Shown: positions 26,892 through 37,661 of the stretch, piece after piece
Numbering within the stretch: the first letter of the stretch is position 1
Layout: the number at the start of each line of letters is the position of its first letter
Source: a virus
IMG/VR virus record: IMGVR_UViG_3300046167_000733
Coordinates: 1 to 64,000 of that record
Length of the DNA stretch: 64,000 bases
Direction: 5' to 3' (one strand)
Notes under the pieces: model-generated
Seen by the model: the letters and a program-made list of their open reading frames with translations, nothing else
Database searches by the model: none
Told to the model about the DNA's origin: nothing
Position numbers and translations under genes: made by a program

Positions 26892-27857
26892 ATGTCCTTA
26901 TTAGAATTTTCAAAAACTTATAAACCATTCAAGTATCCGTGGGCAGTAGAACTCACCAAGAAACATGAAGAAATCCATTGGGTAGAAGACGAGGCAGAAC
27001 TCTCTGAAGACGTAATGGATTGGAAGACCAAACTAAACGACGCAGAGAAAGACTTCATCACACAGGTACTTAGATTGTTTACTCAGTCTGACGTACAGGT
27101 AGGTGAGAACTATCACGAGTTACTCATACCCAAGTTTAGAAATAATGAAGCACGCAATATGTTATCCTCATTCGCAAATCGTGAAGGAGTACATCAACGC
27201 GCATACGCATTATTGAATGATACACTAGGATTACCTGATGAGGACTTTCATAAGTTCCTTGAGTATACCGAGATGTCAGATAAGATTGACTTTATGAAAC
27301 AGGGTGACATAAACTCTCATACTGGGTTAGCACTCTCTCTTGCGCAATCTGTATTCAACGAAGGACTCTCTGTGTTTGCGTCATTCGTAATGCTACTGAA
27401 CTTCCAACGCTATGGTAAGATGAAGGGAATGGGCACGATTGTAGAATGGTCTATCCGAGATGAGACACTTCACGTTCAGGGTAACGCAAAGTTATTCCGA
27501 GAGTTTTGTCAAGAACATCCTCGTATCGTAAACGATGAATTGAAGTCCAAGATATATCAAATGGCAAAGGATGTCGTGAAGTTAGAGGATAGGTTTATCA
27601 AACTTGCGTTCAACGGATTAGAGATGGAAGGTCTTACAGAGACTGATGTAAAACAATACATAAGACATATTGCTGACCGTAGATTACTACAACTTGGTAT
27701 GAAACCAAACTTCAAAGTAAAAGACAATCCGTTACCTTGGTTAGATTGGGTACTGAATGGTGCGTCGCATGACAACTTCTTTGAGAAACGAGTTACCGAA
27801 TATTCCGTAAATGGTATGGAAGGTGACTGGGGTTGGGATGTCGAGGACGCGGCATAA
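26892..27857 (+). CDS. nrdB: class Ia ribonucleotide reductase beta subunit
   Basis: FTQSD, REGVHQRAY, EG, SIRDETLH, NFFEKRVTEY. Confidence 0.95.
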   Translation: MSLLEFSKTYKPFKYPWAVELTKKHEEIHWVEDEAELSEDVMDWKTKLNDAEKDFITQVLRLFTQSDVQVGENYHELLIPKFRNNEARNMLSSFANREGVHQRAYALLNDTLGLPDEDFHKFLEYTEMSDKIDFMKQGDINSHTGLALSLAQSVFNEGLSVFASFVMLLNFQRYGKMKGMGTIVEWSIRDETLHVQGNAKLFREFCQEHPRIVNDELKSKIYQMAKDVVKLEDRFIKLAFNGLEMEGLTETDVKQYIRHIADRRLLQLGMKPNFKVKDNPLPWLDWVLNGASHDNFFEKRVTEYSVNGMEGDWGWDVEDAA

Positions 27858-27982
27858 TGAACGACGAGGACGAAACCTTTCATATGGATTGTTTCGTCTG
27901 TGAAACTAAGTCTGAAGTTAGAGTATTGAACTCTGACGAACAACCTTTTTTCTGCCCCATGTGTGGGACGGAGATGGAATAA
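27857..27982 (+). CDS. 41-aa zinc-ribbon protein
   Basis: CFVC...FCPMCG; TAATG coupling to nrdB. Confidence 0.7.
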   Translation: MNDEDETFHMDCFVCETKSEVRVLNSDEQPFFCPMCGTEME

Positions 27983-28001
27983 AAATATTATATATATCTG
28001 T

Positions 28002-28415
28002 ATGTGGATATATAATAATGAAGAGTTTTCCCCGACGGACGAATTCCTTGAACCTTTTCAAGGGTTCGTCTATTGTCTCACGGAAGAATCAACGGGCAAG
28101 AAGTACATCGGAAAGAAGTTCTTCTGGAAACCCAAGACATTACCCAAGAACAGTAAACGCAAAAGAAAAATAAAGACCAGAGTTCAATCTGACTGGAGAG
28201 ATTACTATGGTTCGTCGGCAGAGGTAAAATTACTCCTAGAAGGGGGCGAGAGGTTCCATAGACGCATCCTGAGACTGTGTTTTTCAAAAGGGGAGTGTTC
28301 ATACTATGAATTACGTGAACAAATGATAAATGATGTTTTGTTGAAACCCGATGAATATTATAATGCTTTCGTTGGAGGTAAGATACACAGAAGGCATGTA
28401 TTGAAAAAAAAGTGA
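28002..28415 (+). CDS. GIY-YIG endonuclease
   Basis: GFVYCLT..TGKKYIGKK..DWRDYYGSS..YYE..YYN. Confidence 0.85.
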   Translation: MWIYNNEEFSPTDEFLEPFQGFVYCLTEESTGKKYIGKKFFWKPKTLPKNSKRKRKIKTRVQSDWRDYYGSSAEVKLLLEGGERFHRRILRLCFSKGECSYYELREQMINDVLLKPDEYYNAFVGGKIHRRHVLKKK

Positions 28416-28433
28416 AAAAAATGAAAAAAGTGC

Positions 28434-28462
28434 TTGACATTCTCTGTTGAATCTGGTACTGT
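28434..28462 (+). promoter_or_regulatory. sigma70-type early promoter
   Basis: TTGACA-17-TACTGT with TGn and an A-tract UP element. Confidence 0.8.
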
Positions 28463-28494
28463 AAGGTATAGTTAGATGAAAGGAAAAAAAAACT

Positions 28495-28962
28495 ATGGCA
28501 TATATTTCACAAGAAGAAAAGAAAGAACTCGCTCCCGCAATCAAGGCAGTTGCTAAGAAATACGGACGCAAGGTTACTATCGGTATCAGAAACCACATGG
28601 ATTTAGTTGTAAAGGTAAAAGGTGCTGAAGACATCTACAAAAGACATTATGCAAAAACGGTAGAAGACAGAATACTTGCGGGTCGTGACAAACACGGTGA
28701 CTCAATACAAGATGATATTGATTGGGATGCTCCGATTGACCCATCTGTCTTTTCTAGAATGACTTACCTTGACCCTGAGTTATCTAAGTTTGGATATTCA
28801 ATTAACACACATTGGATTGATGAAAACTACGAAGAGAAAGACCAAGCATTCTTGAATGAGTTACATGCTTCTATGCATAGTAAAGACTTTTTCATCGATG
28901 ACGATGTTTACACAGATTACTTCAGCAGAAGTTATTACACATCAATAGAATTACACAAGTAG
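28495..28962 (+). CDS. early hypothetical protein
   Basis: MAYISQEEKKELAPAIKAV...D.YTDYF..SYY; strong RBS. Confidence 0.7.
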   Translation: MAYISQEEKKELAPAIKAVAKKYGRKVTIGIRNHMDLVVKVKGAEDIYKRHYAKTVEDRILAGRDKHGDSIQDDIDWDAPIDPSVFSRMTYLDPELSKFGYSINTHWIDENYEEKDQAFLNELHASMHSKDFFIDDDVYTDYFSRSYYTSIELHK

Positions 28963-28976
28963 AAAAGGAGAAGAGA

Positions 28977-29231
28977 GTGTCAATAAAAGATGGAAAATGG
29001 GATAAGGATGCATATCCTTTACAGGGGTTTGAAGGAGACCCTGACCGAGAACCACAATGGTGGGATAAAAAGTTCAAATGGGTAGACAAGTTTAGAACAT
29101 ATTCAAAACAAGAACTATTGGATTATGCCAACGAGCACTACAACCCATATGCACCAAGCAGGCAAGAAGACCATGTTTGGGGTGCGATGGAAGAGTTATT
29201 CAGACGATATGGTATTGCGTTCGGGGACTAA
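28977..29231 (+). CDS. hypothetical protein
   Basis: GTG start after an AAGGAG RBS. Confidence 0.6.
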   Translation: MSIKDGKWDKDAYPLQGFEGDPDREPQWWDKKFKWVDKFRTYSKQELLDYANEHYNPYAPSRQEDHVWGAMEELFRRYGIAFGD

Positions 29232-29306
29232 AAAATCTAATTTATTTTCATACTATATACATCTAGAGAAGAATAAAAGACTATATAGTAATAGAGAAAG
29301 AATAAT

Positions 29307-29720
29307 ATGGAACTAGAAGTATTCGAAATCTTTGAACGATACGCGAAACTAAAAACTCGCAAAGAGAAGATACAGTATCTCAAAGACAACAACATACCCG
29401 CATTACGTGATGTGTGTCGTGGCATATATGATGAACGACTTGAGTTCATTATTCCAGAAGGTAAACCACCTTATACCCCAAATAAACCTGAGAGTGTACC
29501 CTCATCACTGAAAAGAAAACATCGTGACTTCGGTTACTTTGTGAAGGGTGCAATATCAGCAGGACTACCTCAGTACAAGATAGAAAAAATGTATATTCAA
29601 GTGTTGGAATCAATCCACGCAGAAGATGCTGAGATTGTAATTAATATGGTGCAACGTAAAGCACCAAAGGGTTTGACAAAGAAAATAGTAGAGGAGACGT
29701 TTCCGAAACTTTTATCTTAA
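29307..29720 (+). CDS. conserved T4-like hypothetical protein (DUF6433-like)
   Basis: PEGKPPY..E.MYIQVLESIH.EDAE..GLT..V.E.FP. Confidence 0.7.
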   Translation: MELEVFEIFERYAKLKTRKEKIQYLKDNNIPALRDVCRGIYDERLEFIIPEGKPPYTPNKPESVPSSLKRKHRDFGYFVKGAISAGLPQYKIEKMYIQVLESIHAEDAEIVINMVQRKAPKGLTKKIVEETFPKLLS

Positions 29721-29775
29721 TCCATTTCGTTATGTTTGTAATGTTGTTTTAACACTAACAATAAAAGGAATGCTT

Positions 29776-29946
29776 ATGCCAAAAAACCAAATAGAGAGAT
29801 TGAAGAATGATTCTAGACAACTAGATAATTATATTCATCGTCTAAGAAAAAGGGGCAAAGACAATCTTGCACATAAGATAACGATGAAGAGAGAATATCT
29901 CAATCAAACTATTACAGAATACGAACAAATGGATTTAACAGCATAA
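29776..29946 (+). CDS. small basic hypothetical protein
   Basis: MPKNQIERLKNDSRQLDNYIHRLRKRG...; AAAGGA RBS. Confidence 0.6.
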   Translation: MPKNQIERLKNDSRQLDNYIHRLRKRGKDNLAHKITMKREYLNQTITEYEQMDLTA

Positions 29947-30012
29947 AAAGGTAGGTGATGTATCTCGTGGGGGGTGCTAGTCACCCCCAACGTTACACAG
30001 AGAGAATATATC

Positions 30013-30249
30013 ATGCCACTATACACAATCATAAATGACAAAACAAATGAGATGGAAGACCTCTTCTGTTCATATGACGAAATGCAAAAGACCCTAAAAG
30101 AAAAGGGCGACTCTTGGAGAAACATTATCGGAATGCCTGCTTTGGTATCCTCTACAGGTAATGTTGTTAATAAAACAAGTGGTGACTGGAAGAACCTTTT
30201 ACAGAAAATAGAAAAGGGTTCTGGTAGAGGGGCAAACTTCAAGACATGA
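30013..30249 (+). CDS. FmdB-like small regulatory protein
   Basis: MPLYT start, positioned directly upstream of phoH. Confidence 0.6.
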   Translation: MPLYTIINDKTNEMEDLFCSYDEMQKTLKEKGDSWRNIIGMPALVSSTGNVVNKTSGDWKNLLQKIEKGSGRGANFKT

Positions 30250-30932
30250 CAATGAAACGTCTCAAGGAGGAACACCTCCTTAACTTCGACCCCATAACAC
30301 AAAAACAAAAAGATGCCTTTGATGCATGGGACGACAGGAACCATATGATACTTGCAGGAAGCGCGGGTACAGGTAAGACCTTCATCGGAATGTATCTTGG
30401 ACTTGAAGTAGTACTGGACAAAGACGAACCCCAAAAGAAACTTGTTATCGTAAGAAGTGTTGTTCCCACAAGGGACATGGGATTTCTGCCAGGAGGTATC
30501 GAAGAAAAGATTGACACATACACTGCACCATATAGAGGGATTGCGGCAGAGTTATTTGACCAACAGAACGCATACGAGTTACTAGAGACGCAGGGTGCGA
30601 TAGAGTTTCTCTCAACATCATTCATACGAGGCACCACATTAGACAATGCGGTTATACTTGTAGATGAAATGCAGAACCTCACATTTCACGAACTTGATAG
30701 TATCATAACAAGGGTAGGTCGTAATAGTCGTATTATATTCAGTGGAGACTACTATCAAACAGATTTAAATAAGGATGCCGACAAAAAGGGTATCCTAGAG
30801 TTCCTAAATATAATGGAAGTCATGAATAACTTCACGACAATAGAATTTGGGTGGGCAGACATTGTTCGTTCAGACTTTGTGAGAGACTATATAATGACAA
30901 AAGATATGGTAACACGAGGAGAAATACAATGA
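30246..30932 (+). CDS. phoH: PhoH-like ATPase
   Basis: GSAGTGKT, GFLPG..EEK, FIRGTTL, VDEMQN, TRVG..S.IIFSGD..QTDL, IVRS. Confidence 0.95.
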   Translation: MTMKRLKEEHLLNFDPITQKQKDAFDAWDDRNHMILAGSAGTGKTFIGMYLGLEVVLDKDEPQKKLVIVRSVVPTRDMGFLPGGIEEKIDTYTAPYRGIAAELFDQQNAYELLETQGAIEFLSTSFIRGTTLDNAVILVDEMQNLTFHELDSIITRVGRNSRIIFSGDYYQTDLNKDADKKGILEFLNIMEVMNNFTTIEFGWADIVRSDFVRDYIMTKDMVTRGEIQ

Positions 30933-31393
30933 ACCTATCGAAAAACTTTACTCTAAGAGAGTTTACAAAATCACAGACTGCCACTAGACATGGCATCGAC
31001 AATACACCACAGGGTCAACACCTTGAGAGTGCCAAAGAGTTGTTCGAGAAAGTCGTACAACCTGTAAGAGACCACTTCGGGGTAACTCGATTGAACTCTG
31101 GATATCGTAGTCCTGAGTTGAACAAAGCAGTAGGTGGTTCCGCAACAAGTCAACATTGTAAAGGTGAAGCAGTTGATATGGAAGTTCCAGGAGTTCCTAA
31201 CTACGAACTTGCAAAGTGGATAGAAGACAACCTAGAGTTCGACCAACTCATACTGGAGTTCTATACATCTGGAATACCTGATAGTGGATGGGTACATTGT
31301 TCATATAAACAGGGTGGACCACAACGCAAGTCAGTATTAACTGCCGCACGAGTAGATGGTAAGACAAAATATTCTGTAGGATTAATTGAATAA
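30929..31393 (+). CDS. peptidase M15A (Zn D-Ala-D-Ala carboxypeptidase-like), putative endolysin
   Basis: LSKNFTL.EF..S.TA, SGYRSPELN..VGG...SQH..GEAVD, FDQLILE, WVH.SY. Confidence 0.88.
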   Translation: MNLSKNFTLREFTKSQTATRHGIDNTPQGQHLESAKELFEKVVQPVRDHFGVTRLNSGYRSPELNKAVGGSATSQHCKGEAVDMEVPGVPNYELAKWIEDNLEFDQLILEFYTSGIPDSGWVHCSYKQGGPQRKSVLTAARVDGKTKYSVGLIE

Positions 31394-31408
31394 AAATGCA
31401 ATTTTCTC

Positions 31409-31437
31409 TTGACATTCTCTGTTCTTTGTGATATAGT
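31409..31437 (+). promoter_or_regulatory. sigma70-type early promoter
   Basis: TTGACA-17-TATAGT with TGn. Confidence 0.8.
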
Positions 31438-31464
31438 GATACTATAATGAGAAAGGAAATGTTT

Positions 31465-32049
31465 ATGGAAAACTATGAAAAAGTAATTTTGACAGATGCC
31501 GATGGGGTTCTGTTCAACTGGAAGTATGCCTTCGATGTATATGCCGAGAAACGTGGATACGTTATGGTAGACAAGAACGTCTACGATATCGCAGAGTGTT
31601 ACGGTATAGAAAAGAAGGAAGCAAAACGTCTTGTACGAGACTTCAACGAGAGTGCCGCGATTGGTTACTTACCTCCTTTGAGAGATGCCATACACTACGT
31701 GAAGAAGATTCACGAAGAGTTAGGTTATGTCTTTCACTGCATCACTTCTTTGAGTGACGATGAGAACGCACAAAGGTTGCGTACTATGAACTTGAAAAAG
31801 TTGTTTGGTGAGACTGTCTTCGAGAAGTTCACATACTTAGACACTGGTGCTGACAAGGACGAAGTTCTTGCTAAGTACGAAGGTAAAGATTACTTGTGGA
31901 TTGAAGACAAGGTTGAGAACGCACTTGAAGGTGCAAAGGTTGGACTTGAGGGTTGTGTTATGAAACATGGTTTCAACATTCACGACATCGAACCAAACGG
32001 TTTGACAGGTTTTGCCAACTGGAAAGAAATCTACGAGTACTTAAAATAG
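31465..32049 (+). CDS. HAD-family 5'(3')-deoxyribonucleotidase-like protein (T4 gp30.2-like)
   Basis: ILTDADGVL, CITSL, WIEDK. Confidence 0.8.
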   Translation: MENYEKVILTDADGVLFNWKYAFDVYAEKRGYVMVDKNVYDIAECYGIEKKEAKRLVRDFNESAAIGYLPPLRDAIHYVKKIHEELGYVFHCITSLSDDENAQRLRTMNLKKLFGETVFEKFTYLDTGADKDEVLAKYEGKDYLWIEDKVENALEGAKVGLEGCVMKHGFNIHDIEPNGLTGFANWKEIYEYLK

Positions 32050-32050
32050 T

Positions 32051-32058
32051 TATAAATA
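32051..32058 (+). promoter_or_regulatory. T4-type late promoter
   Basis: Intergenic TATAAATA. Confidence 0.7.
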
Positions 32059-32087
32059 TCCTTGTAATGTAAACAAGGAGAATAACA

Positions 32088-32474
32088 ATGGCACAACAAA
32101 CCGTTGACACACCTACAGGACAAGCAACTGTTGACTTGGAAAAGTACACGGAACTTGTCCTAAAAGTAGATGAAGCACAAGACAAAATAAAAGAGATGGA
32201 GTCTCTCTCAAAAGAACTCAAAGTCGCGACAGCAGTAGCAAAACCTGTACAAAAAGGTTTTCTATCTATATTCCGAGACGAAAATAATATCAATGAAAAA
32301 TCAATTATTGGTTTCGCATCATTTCTCATGATGGTTGCGTTTGGTGTTGTTGACTTAATAACAGGTCTCGATGGTACACCTCTAGAAATATCTGATACAA
32401 TCTATACATCCTTTGTTGTTGTAACACTGGGTTCATTTGGTATTGCTGAAGCAGGAAAAGCATTCGGAAAATAA
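32088..32474 (+). CDS. coiled-coil + two-TM membrane protein (holin-like)
   Basis: INEKSIIGFASF TM and SFVVVTLGSFGI TM; late promoter. Confidence 0.65.
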   Translation: MAQQTVDTPTGQATVDLEKYTELVLKVDEAQDKIKEMESLSKELKVATAVAKPVQKGFLSIFRDENNINEKSIIGFASFLMMVAFGVVDLITGLDGTPLEISDTIYTSFVVVTLGSFGIAEAGKAFGK

Positions 32475-32482
32475 AATAGTGC

Positions 32483-32511
32483 TTGACTTATGTTGCATAA
32501 TGTGATATACT
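32483..32511 (+). promoter_or_regulatory. sigma70-type promoter for the glycosylation island
   Basis: TTGACT-17-TATACT with TGn. Confidence 0.75.
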
Positions 32512-32544
32512 TAAAGTACTCTTTAGGGAAGGTTGGATATACAC

Positions 32545-32709
32545 ATGAGAACTATCAAAGAAAACATATGGCATTTCGTGTGTTCATCCTGTAAGGGATG
32601 GTTTAGCATTGCTACAATGGATGAATGGAAACCTAAGAAACTGTATTGTCCACACTGTGGAGAGCATCACACATCAGAAGTTTATGATAAATGGAAAGAT
32701 AGAACATGA
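32545..32709 (+). CDS. 54-aa zinc-ribbon protein
   Basis: WHFVCSSCKGWFS...LYCPHCG; ATGA coupling. Confidence 0.65.
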   Translation: MRTIKENIWHFVCSSCKGWFSIATMDEWKPKKLYCPHCGEHHTSEVYDKWKDRT

Positions 32710-33501
32710 AAAAAATAAGAAGATTGATATACCAAGTAGCAGTTGGTAAACCGAGTAAGTTATATGAACACTGTATACAATCTGTTGCAGACTACTGTGA
32801 CAAATATGATATAGAACATATAGTACTACGTGAACCTAAGTTGCGTATCAAACCAGATGTCTTTACAGATTATCGTAGTAAGGAATCCTATGAGAAACAC
32901 GGAGGGTATCTTCCTATCTATGAGAAAGAGAATGCCTTTGACCTGATTGATAACTATGACCAGATTGGTATCATAGATGCTGACATTTATATAAGACCTG
33001 ACTCACCCAATATATTTACTGAGTTTGGACATGATTGTGCATGGGGTTCAGTAAGTGAACGTGAGATGGATATCAATGATAACTATGTAAGGAAGATACA
33101 AAACTATTCTCATATGCAGTATGCAAGTTTGCATGGTAGACTATGTGACTTTCGACCTAAACAAGAGAGGTTATGAGTTCTTCAATATGGGTATGATACT
33201 TATTAATTGTCAACTCTTCAAACCTTATCTCAAAGGACAGAACGCAAATGACTTTCTAATGAGAGCAGAGTTCAAAGACTTTGTTGATGGTAAGGGTGGT
33301 TGGAAGTGGAGTACAGACCAAACACTCCTGAACTATTTCCTGAAGAGATACAAGATACCTACTAAACATATGGATGGTAAATGGAATGGTCTGTATACCG
33401 CAGTCAATAATATAAAGGATTGTCACTTTGTTCATTTCTTCCTAAAAGATAAACTACCATCTAGTGGAGAGAATATAGAGGAGTTGATGAAAACGATATG
33501 A
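32706..33501 (+). CDS. GT-A glycosyltransferase (GT8/GT34-like; indel near 33155)
   Basis: IIDADIY DxD motif, FFNMGMIL, DQTLLNY, WN, HFVHFF. Confidence 0.75.
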
Positions 33502-34196
33502 AGTTATTTATTCACATACCAAAAAATGGTGGAATGACAATCCGTAAGATTGATGGAATACAAAATAAAGTTATGTTCTGTTCTCACGGTAATCACATCA
33601 GTATGGATTATACCAAAAGACTTGAAGGAAAGATGCATTCTACTAATGACCACCAAGGGTATGAACATGCCCGTTGGAGAGATTGGAGAAAGGATTTACG
33701 AGAACAATATAAAGCATTTGCAATCGTAAGAAATCCTTGGGACAGAGTTGTATCACGATATCTCTTTGCAAAGAAACTAATATTACACGAAGGAACTCAA
33801 CCACCTTCATATGCAGATATATCTTCATTCGAAGCATTTCTTGAGGAGAGACATAAGTGGGGTGATGAAGAGTTTATGTGGCATCGTGCAGTAAGAGGTT
33901 GGTATCCTACCTTTGACCACGTAAGTGATGAGAAGGGTGAGAAAGTAAAGTGCGACATACTAAGGTTCGAACACTATAACGAAGATACAAAATTGTATCT
34001 AGGATTGTTACAAAATCCTAATCCAAGAAATATCACTAGAGTTGCTCATGATAATGGTAGAACAGGATACGGCACATCTTATAAGGATATATACACTAAA
34101 GAGACAATACAGATTATAGCAGATTGGTATAAGAAAGACATCGACTATTGGGGATTTGACTTCGATACGAGCGCAACACGGAACTATTGGAAATGA
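33498..34196 (+). CDS. sulfotransferase family 2 protein
   Basis: FIHIPKNGG (5'-PSB), VRNPWDRVVS.Y (3'-PB), ILRFE, Y..DI..WGF. Confidence 0.85.
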   Translation: MKLFIHIPKNGGMTIRKIDGIQNKVMFCSHGNHISMDYTKRLEGKMHSTNDHQGYEHARWRDWRKDLREQYKAFAIVRNPWDRVVSRYLFAKKLILHEGTQPPSYADISSFEAFLEERHKWGDEEFMWHRAVRGWYPTFDHVSDEKGEKVKCDILRFEHYNEDTKLYLGLLQNPNPRNITRVAHDNGRTGYGTSYKDIYTKETIQIIADWYKKDIDYWGFDFDTSATRNYWK

Positions 34197-34822
34197 GTAA
34201 TTTAAGAGATTTATTTGATAAGTATAACTGCGATAAGGGTACAGAGAAACATCATTACTATAAAGAGTATGAACCTTATTTTGAAAACAAGCGAAACGAA
34301 CCTGTAAACATACTTGAGATAGGAACATTGGCAGGAGCATCTACTGCGGCATTCTCAGAATATTTTGGTGATAAAGGAACTGTCTATACAATAGATACCT
34401 TTGAACGCATTCACCCAAGAGACATACCGATACTTGAAAAGGATAATGTAAAGTGGTTGAGAGGAAACTCAATGGATGCATCTCTTCCCAACATTATTAA
34501 GAATACTTGGGGAAAGCATATAAAGTTTGATTTCATTATAGATGATGGTGCACATTACCCTGAAGCAAATAGATTGACCTTTGAAAACTGCTATCCCTTT
34601 CTAAAAAAGAATGGTACTTATTTTATTGAAGATTTCTATCCTATGCATATTATGACAAAACAACAACTTGGTCACTATTGGTTACAGAAACACCCTGATA
34701 GATTCAATATATTAAAACATAATAGATTCATGAATGACCTTGACAATTACAACTATGTGTGTTATGATAGAAGGAAAGAAACTGGTAATTGGGATACCTT
34801 TGTTGTGGCAGTAACAAAATGA
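34193..34822 (+). CDS. class I SAM-dependent (sugar O-) methyltransferase
   Basis: DKG..H.Y...Y, ILEIG, FDFIIDDGAH, G.YFIED. Confidence 0.85.
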   Translation: MSNLRDLFDKYNCDKGTEKHHYYKEYEPYFENKRNEPVNILEIGTLAGASTAAFSEYFGDKGTVYTIDTFERIHPRDIPILEKDNVKWLRGNSMDASLPNIIKNTWGKHIKFDFIIDDGAHYPEANRLTFENCYPFLKKNGTYFIEDFYPMHIMTKQQLGHYWLQKHPDRFNILKHNRFMNDLDNYNYVCYDRRKETGNWDTFVVAVTK

Positions 34823-36166
34823 TTAAACTTATATTATTTGACTTAGATGGTGTATTGATTGACACCAAGAATATTCACTTCATTGCATTGAACAAGGCAT
34901 TGGGAGGAGAGTTCGCAATAACAGAAGAAGAACATCTCTCTCATTATGATGGATTGAAAACAACACAGAAACTTGACCTGTTGACAAAACATAAAGGGTT
35001 GCCTGTTTCTTTACATGAGAGTATCAGTGTGGAGAAACAAAAATACACACGAGACTTACTCACAACACTGAGACCTGTAGAAGAGATACAAAAACTATTT
35101 CAAGAGTTAGAGGACAAGGGATATACTATCGGTGTATGCTCTAATGCTATTCGTAGGACAGTACTGACATCTCTTGCGAAGGTAAAACTTCTGCAACACT
35201 GTTCACTTGTATTGTCTAACGAAGATGTTGTGAACGGTAAACCTCACCCTGAGATGTATTGGAAAGCAATGTCTATGATGAAGGTTATTCCTGAAGAGAC
35301 AGTGATTGTAGAAGATAGTCCATATGGATTGCTTGCGGCACAAAGGTCTGGTGCAAAACATATTCCGTGTAGATAATCCTAGTGATGTGACACGAGAGAA
35401 GATATTTGCGAACCTTACAAGTACACCTATGACTCGTAAATGGAAGAACGAGAAACTCAATGTTCTGATTCCAATGGCAGGTGCAGGAAGTCGTTTCTCA
35501 GAGGCAGGATATACATTCCCGAAACCCCTGATTGATGTAAACGGCAAACCTATGATACAGACTGTAGTAGAGAACCTTGGTCTTGATGCGAAGTATCACT
35601 TTGTAGTTCAGAAAGAACATCGCGAGAAATATAATCTTGATTCTATGTTGAACCTTATCTCCCCTGATTGTAATGTGATTGAAGTAGATGGTATTACAGA
35701 GGGTGCGGCATGTACTGCACTCCTCGCAAAAGAATATATTGATAATGATTATCCTCTTTTCTTTGCCAACTCAGACCAATTTGTTGAATGGGATGTAATG
35801 GAGTTCATGTATTCAATGAACGAGAAGAACGCAGACGGAGGTATCGTTACCTTTGAAGCAACTCACCCTAAGTGGAGTTACGCAAAGATAGATGAACGCG
35901 GTTGTGTTACTGAAGTTGCAGAGAAGAACCCTATCAGTAACAATGCTACTGTAGGATATTACTATTGGAAAAATGGTAAGGACTTCGTGAAGTATGCAGA
36001 ACAAATGATTGAACGCGATATACGAGTAAACAATGAGTTCTATGTTTGTCCAGTATTCAATCAAGCAATAGAGGACAACAAAAAAATATACACTCATACT
36101 GCCGATAAGATGTGGGGACTTGGTACACCCGAAGACCTGAGATACTTTTTGGACAAACACAAATGA
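34819..36166 (+). CDS. HAD phosphatase fused to a sugar-nucleotidyltransferase (indel near 35366)
   Basis: FDLDGVLID, KPHPEMY, VEDS; then IPMAGAGSRF..PKPLI, TEGAACT, NSDQ, GLGTPEDL. Confidence 0.82.
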
Positions 36167-36948
36167 AACTCGCGGTCTGTATAAGTGGTGCGATGGGTAA
36201 GTCTAAAAGATTGAGAGACAATCTAAAGATAAACCAAGACATAATAAGGAAGGCAACCTATCCTTACTTTGAAGTTGATTACTTCCTTGCGACGTGGGAA
36301 AATACAATCAACACTACTCTTGAACCTAACTTTATATATGAAACACCCGAAATGCATTACCATCCTGTAATGGATACCGAACCGTTTCCAACATACAAAC
36401 ACACAAACTATAAGTCAGTGGTTGTAGGTGATGACCCTGTTCATCATTCTCTCAAAGAGAAGACACTACACCGAACAAAACAAATTCTCATTCATAACTA
36501 TCTCATAGAAGAGATTGAACACGATGGATATGATATGGTGATTCGTCTGAGATATGATTCTGTATTGAGTGACAAGATAGATTGGAAAGAACTCATAATG
36601 AAATCTTATTGGTCAAAGAAAGCAATGGGATTTGCGATACGATATAAGAGGTGGACTGATGCTCACAGACTATACGATATTCCACACATATATAATCCTA
36701 AAGACAAAGTACCAAATAATGAAGGAGAAAAGGGTTCACAGGATTGGAACTATTCTATAAATGACCATATGATTATTCATCCAATGTCATTGTGGAGCAC
36801 AAAAAGAGTACACGAGTTACACGAGAATAAAAAGTTACAAGTAGCAGAATGGGGTTGGTATCAAGTTTTGAGTCAACCTTACGGAGACAATCATCATTCT
36901 TATTATGGTGGTGTCACATTAGAAAGACATTTTAAGTATACGATATGA
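36163..36948 (+). CDS. putative glycosyltransferase-like protein
   Basis: MKLAVCISG..ATW..YDMVIRLRYD; located in the glyco-island. Confidence 0.55.
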   Translation: MKLAVCISGAMGKSKRLRDNLKINQDIIRKATYPYFEVDYFLATWENTINTTLEPNFIYETPEMHYHPVMDTEPFPTYKHTNYKSVVVGDDPVHHSLKEKTLHRTKQILIHNYLIEEIEHDGYDMVIRLRYDSVLSDKIDWKELIMKSYWSKKAMGFAIRYKRWTDAHRLYDIPHIYNPKDKVPNNEGEKGSQDWNYSINDHMIIHPMSLWSTKRVHELHENKKLQVAEWGWYQVLSQPYGDNHHSYYGGVTLERHFKYTI

Positions 36949-37661
36949 TAAAAGGTTACATCATAACACTTGACAACAATCAACCTAGTGTTGAAGCATG
37001 TCATAAATGTATCGGTTCAATCCGTAGTACAAAGAGTGAGATAGACCCTTCTGTATTTGTTGCGACTGTCCCACGACAAATTAAAAGACATCTTGAAGAG
37101 ATTGATATGGGTAACTGTGAATGGACTTACCCTGTCACAAAAGAAGAAGATGGACTTGATATTTTGTCGGGATTATACCTGAGACATTATCCTACCGCAA
37201 ATAATAATAATCGTGTTGCTTGTGCAGTCTCTCATATGCGACTATGGCATAAATGTTCTATAGGTAAGAAACCTATTATCATACTTGAACACGACGCAAT
37301 CTTTACAAGGAAGTTTGTGTTTGAACCTTTGGAAGAAGAGTTCAAGGGAGGGATACTCGGATTGAATGACCCACGAGGTGCAACAAGACGAAGTAATGTA
37401 TTCCATAATGTTGCGAGTTCTAAGATGGGGTTACAACCTGTACCGACAGTAGATGACATGGAAGTCCCACAAGGTCTTGCAGGAAACTCTGCATATCTTA
37501 TCACACCAAAGGGTGCTAAGAAACTACTAGATAAAGTAAGAGAAGTTGGAATATGGGCAAACGATGCTCTTATGTGTAAACAGTTTTTCCCTTGGATGCA
37601 AATAGTGTATCCATACTATACAACAATACAAAGAGGATTGAAATCAACAACTACATCATGA
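36945..37661 (+). CDS. glycosyltransferase family 25
   Basis: ACAVSH.RLW, IILEHDA, AYLITPKGAKKLL. Confidence 0.82.
   Translation: MIKGYIITLDNNQPSVEACHKCIGSIRSTKSEIDPSVFVATVPRQIKRHLEEIDMGNCEWTYPVTKEEDGLDILSGLYLRHYPTANNNNRVACAVSHMRLWHKCSIGKKPIIILEHDAIFTRKFVFEPLEEEFKGGILGLNDPRGATRRSNVFHNVASSKMGLQPVPTVDDMEVPQGLAGNSAYLITPKGAKKLLDKVREVGIWANDALMCKQFFPWMQIVYPYYTTIQRGLKSTTTS

Noticed and set aside
28002-28415. Intron-encoded homing endonuclease or intron in nrdAB
   Set aside because: The gene is free-standing and nrdB is uninterrupted; no group I intron or intein motifs were seen.
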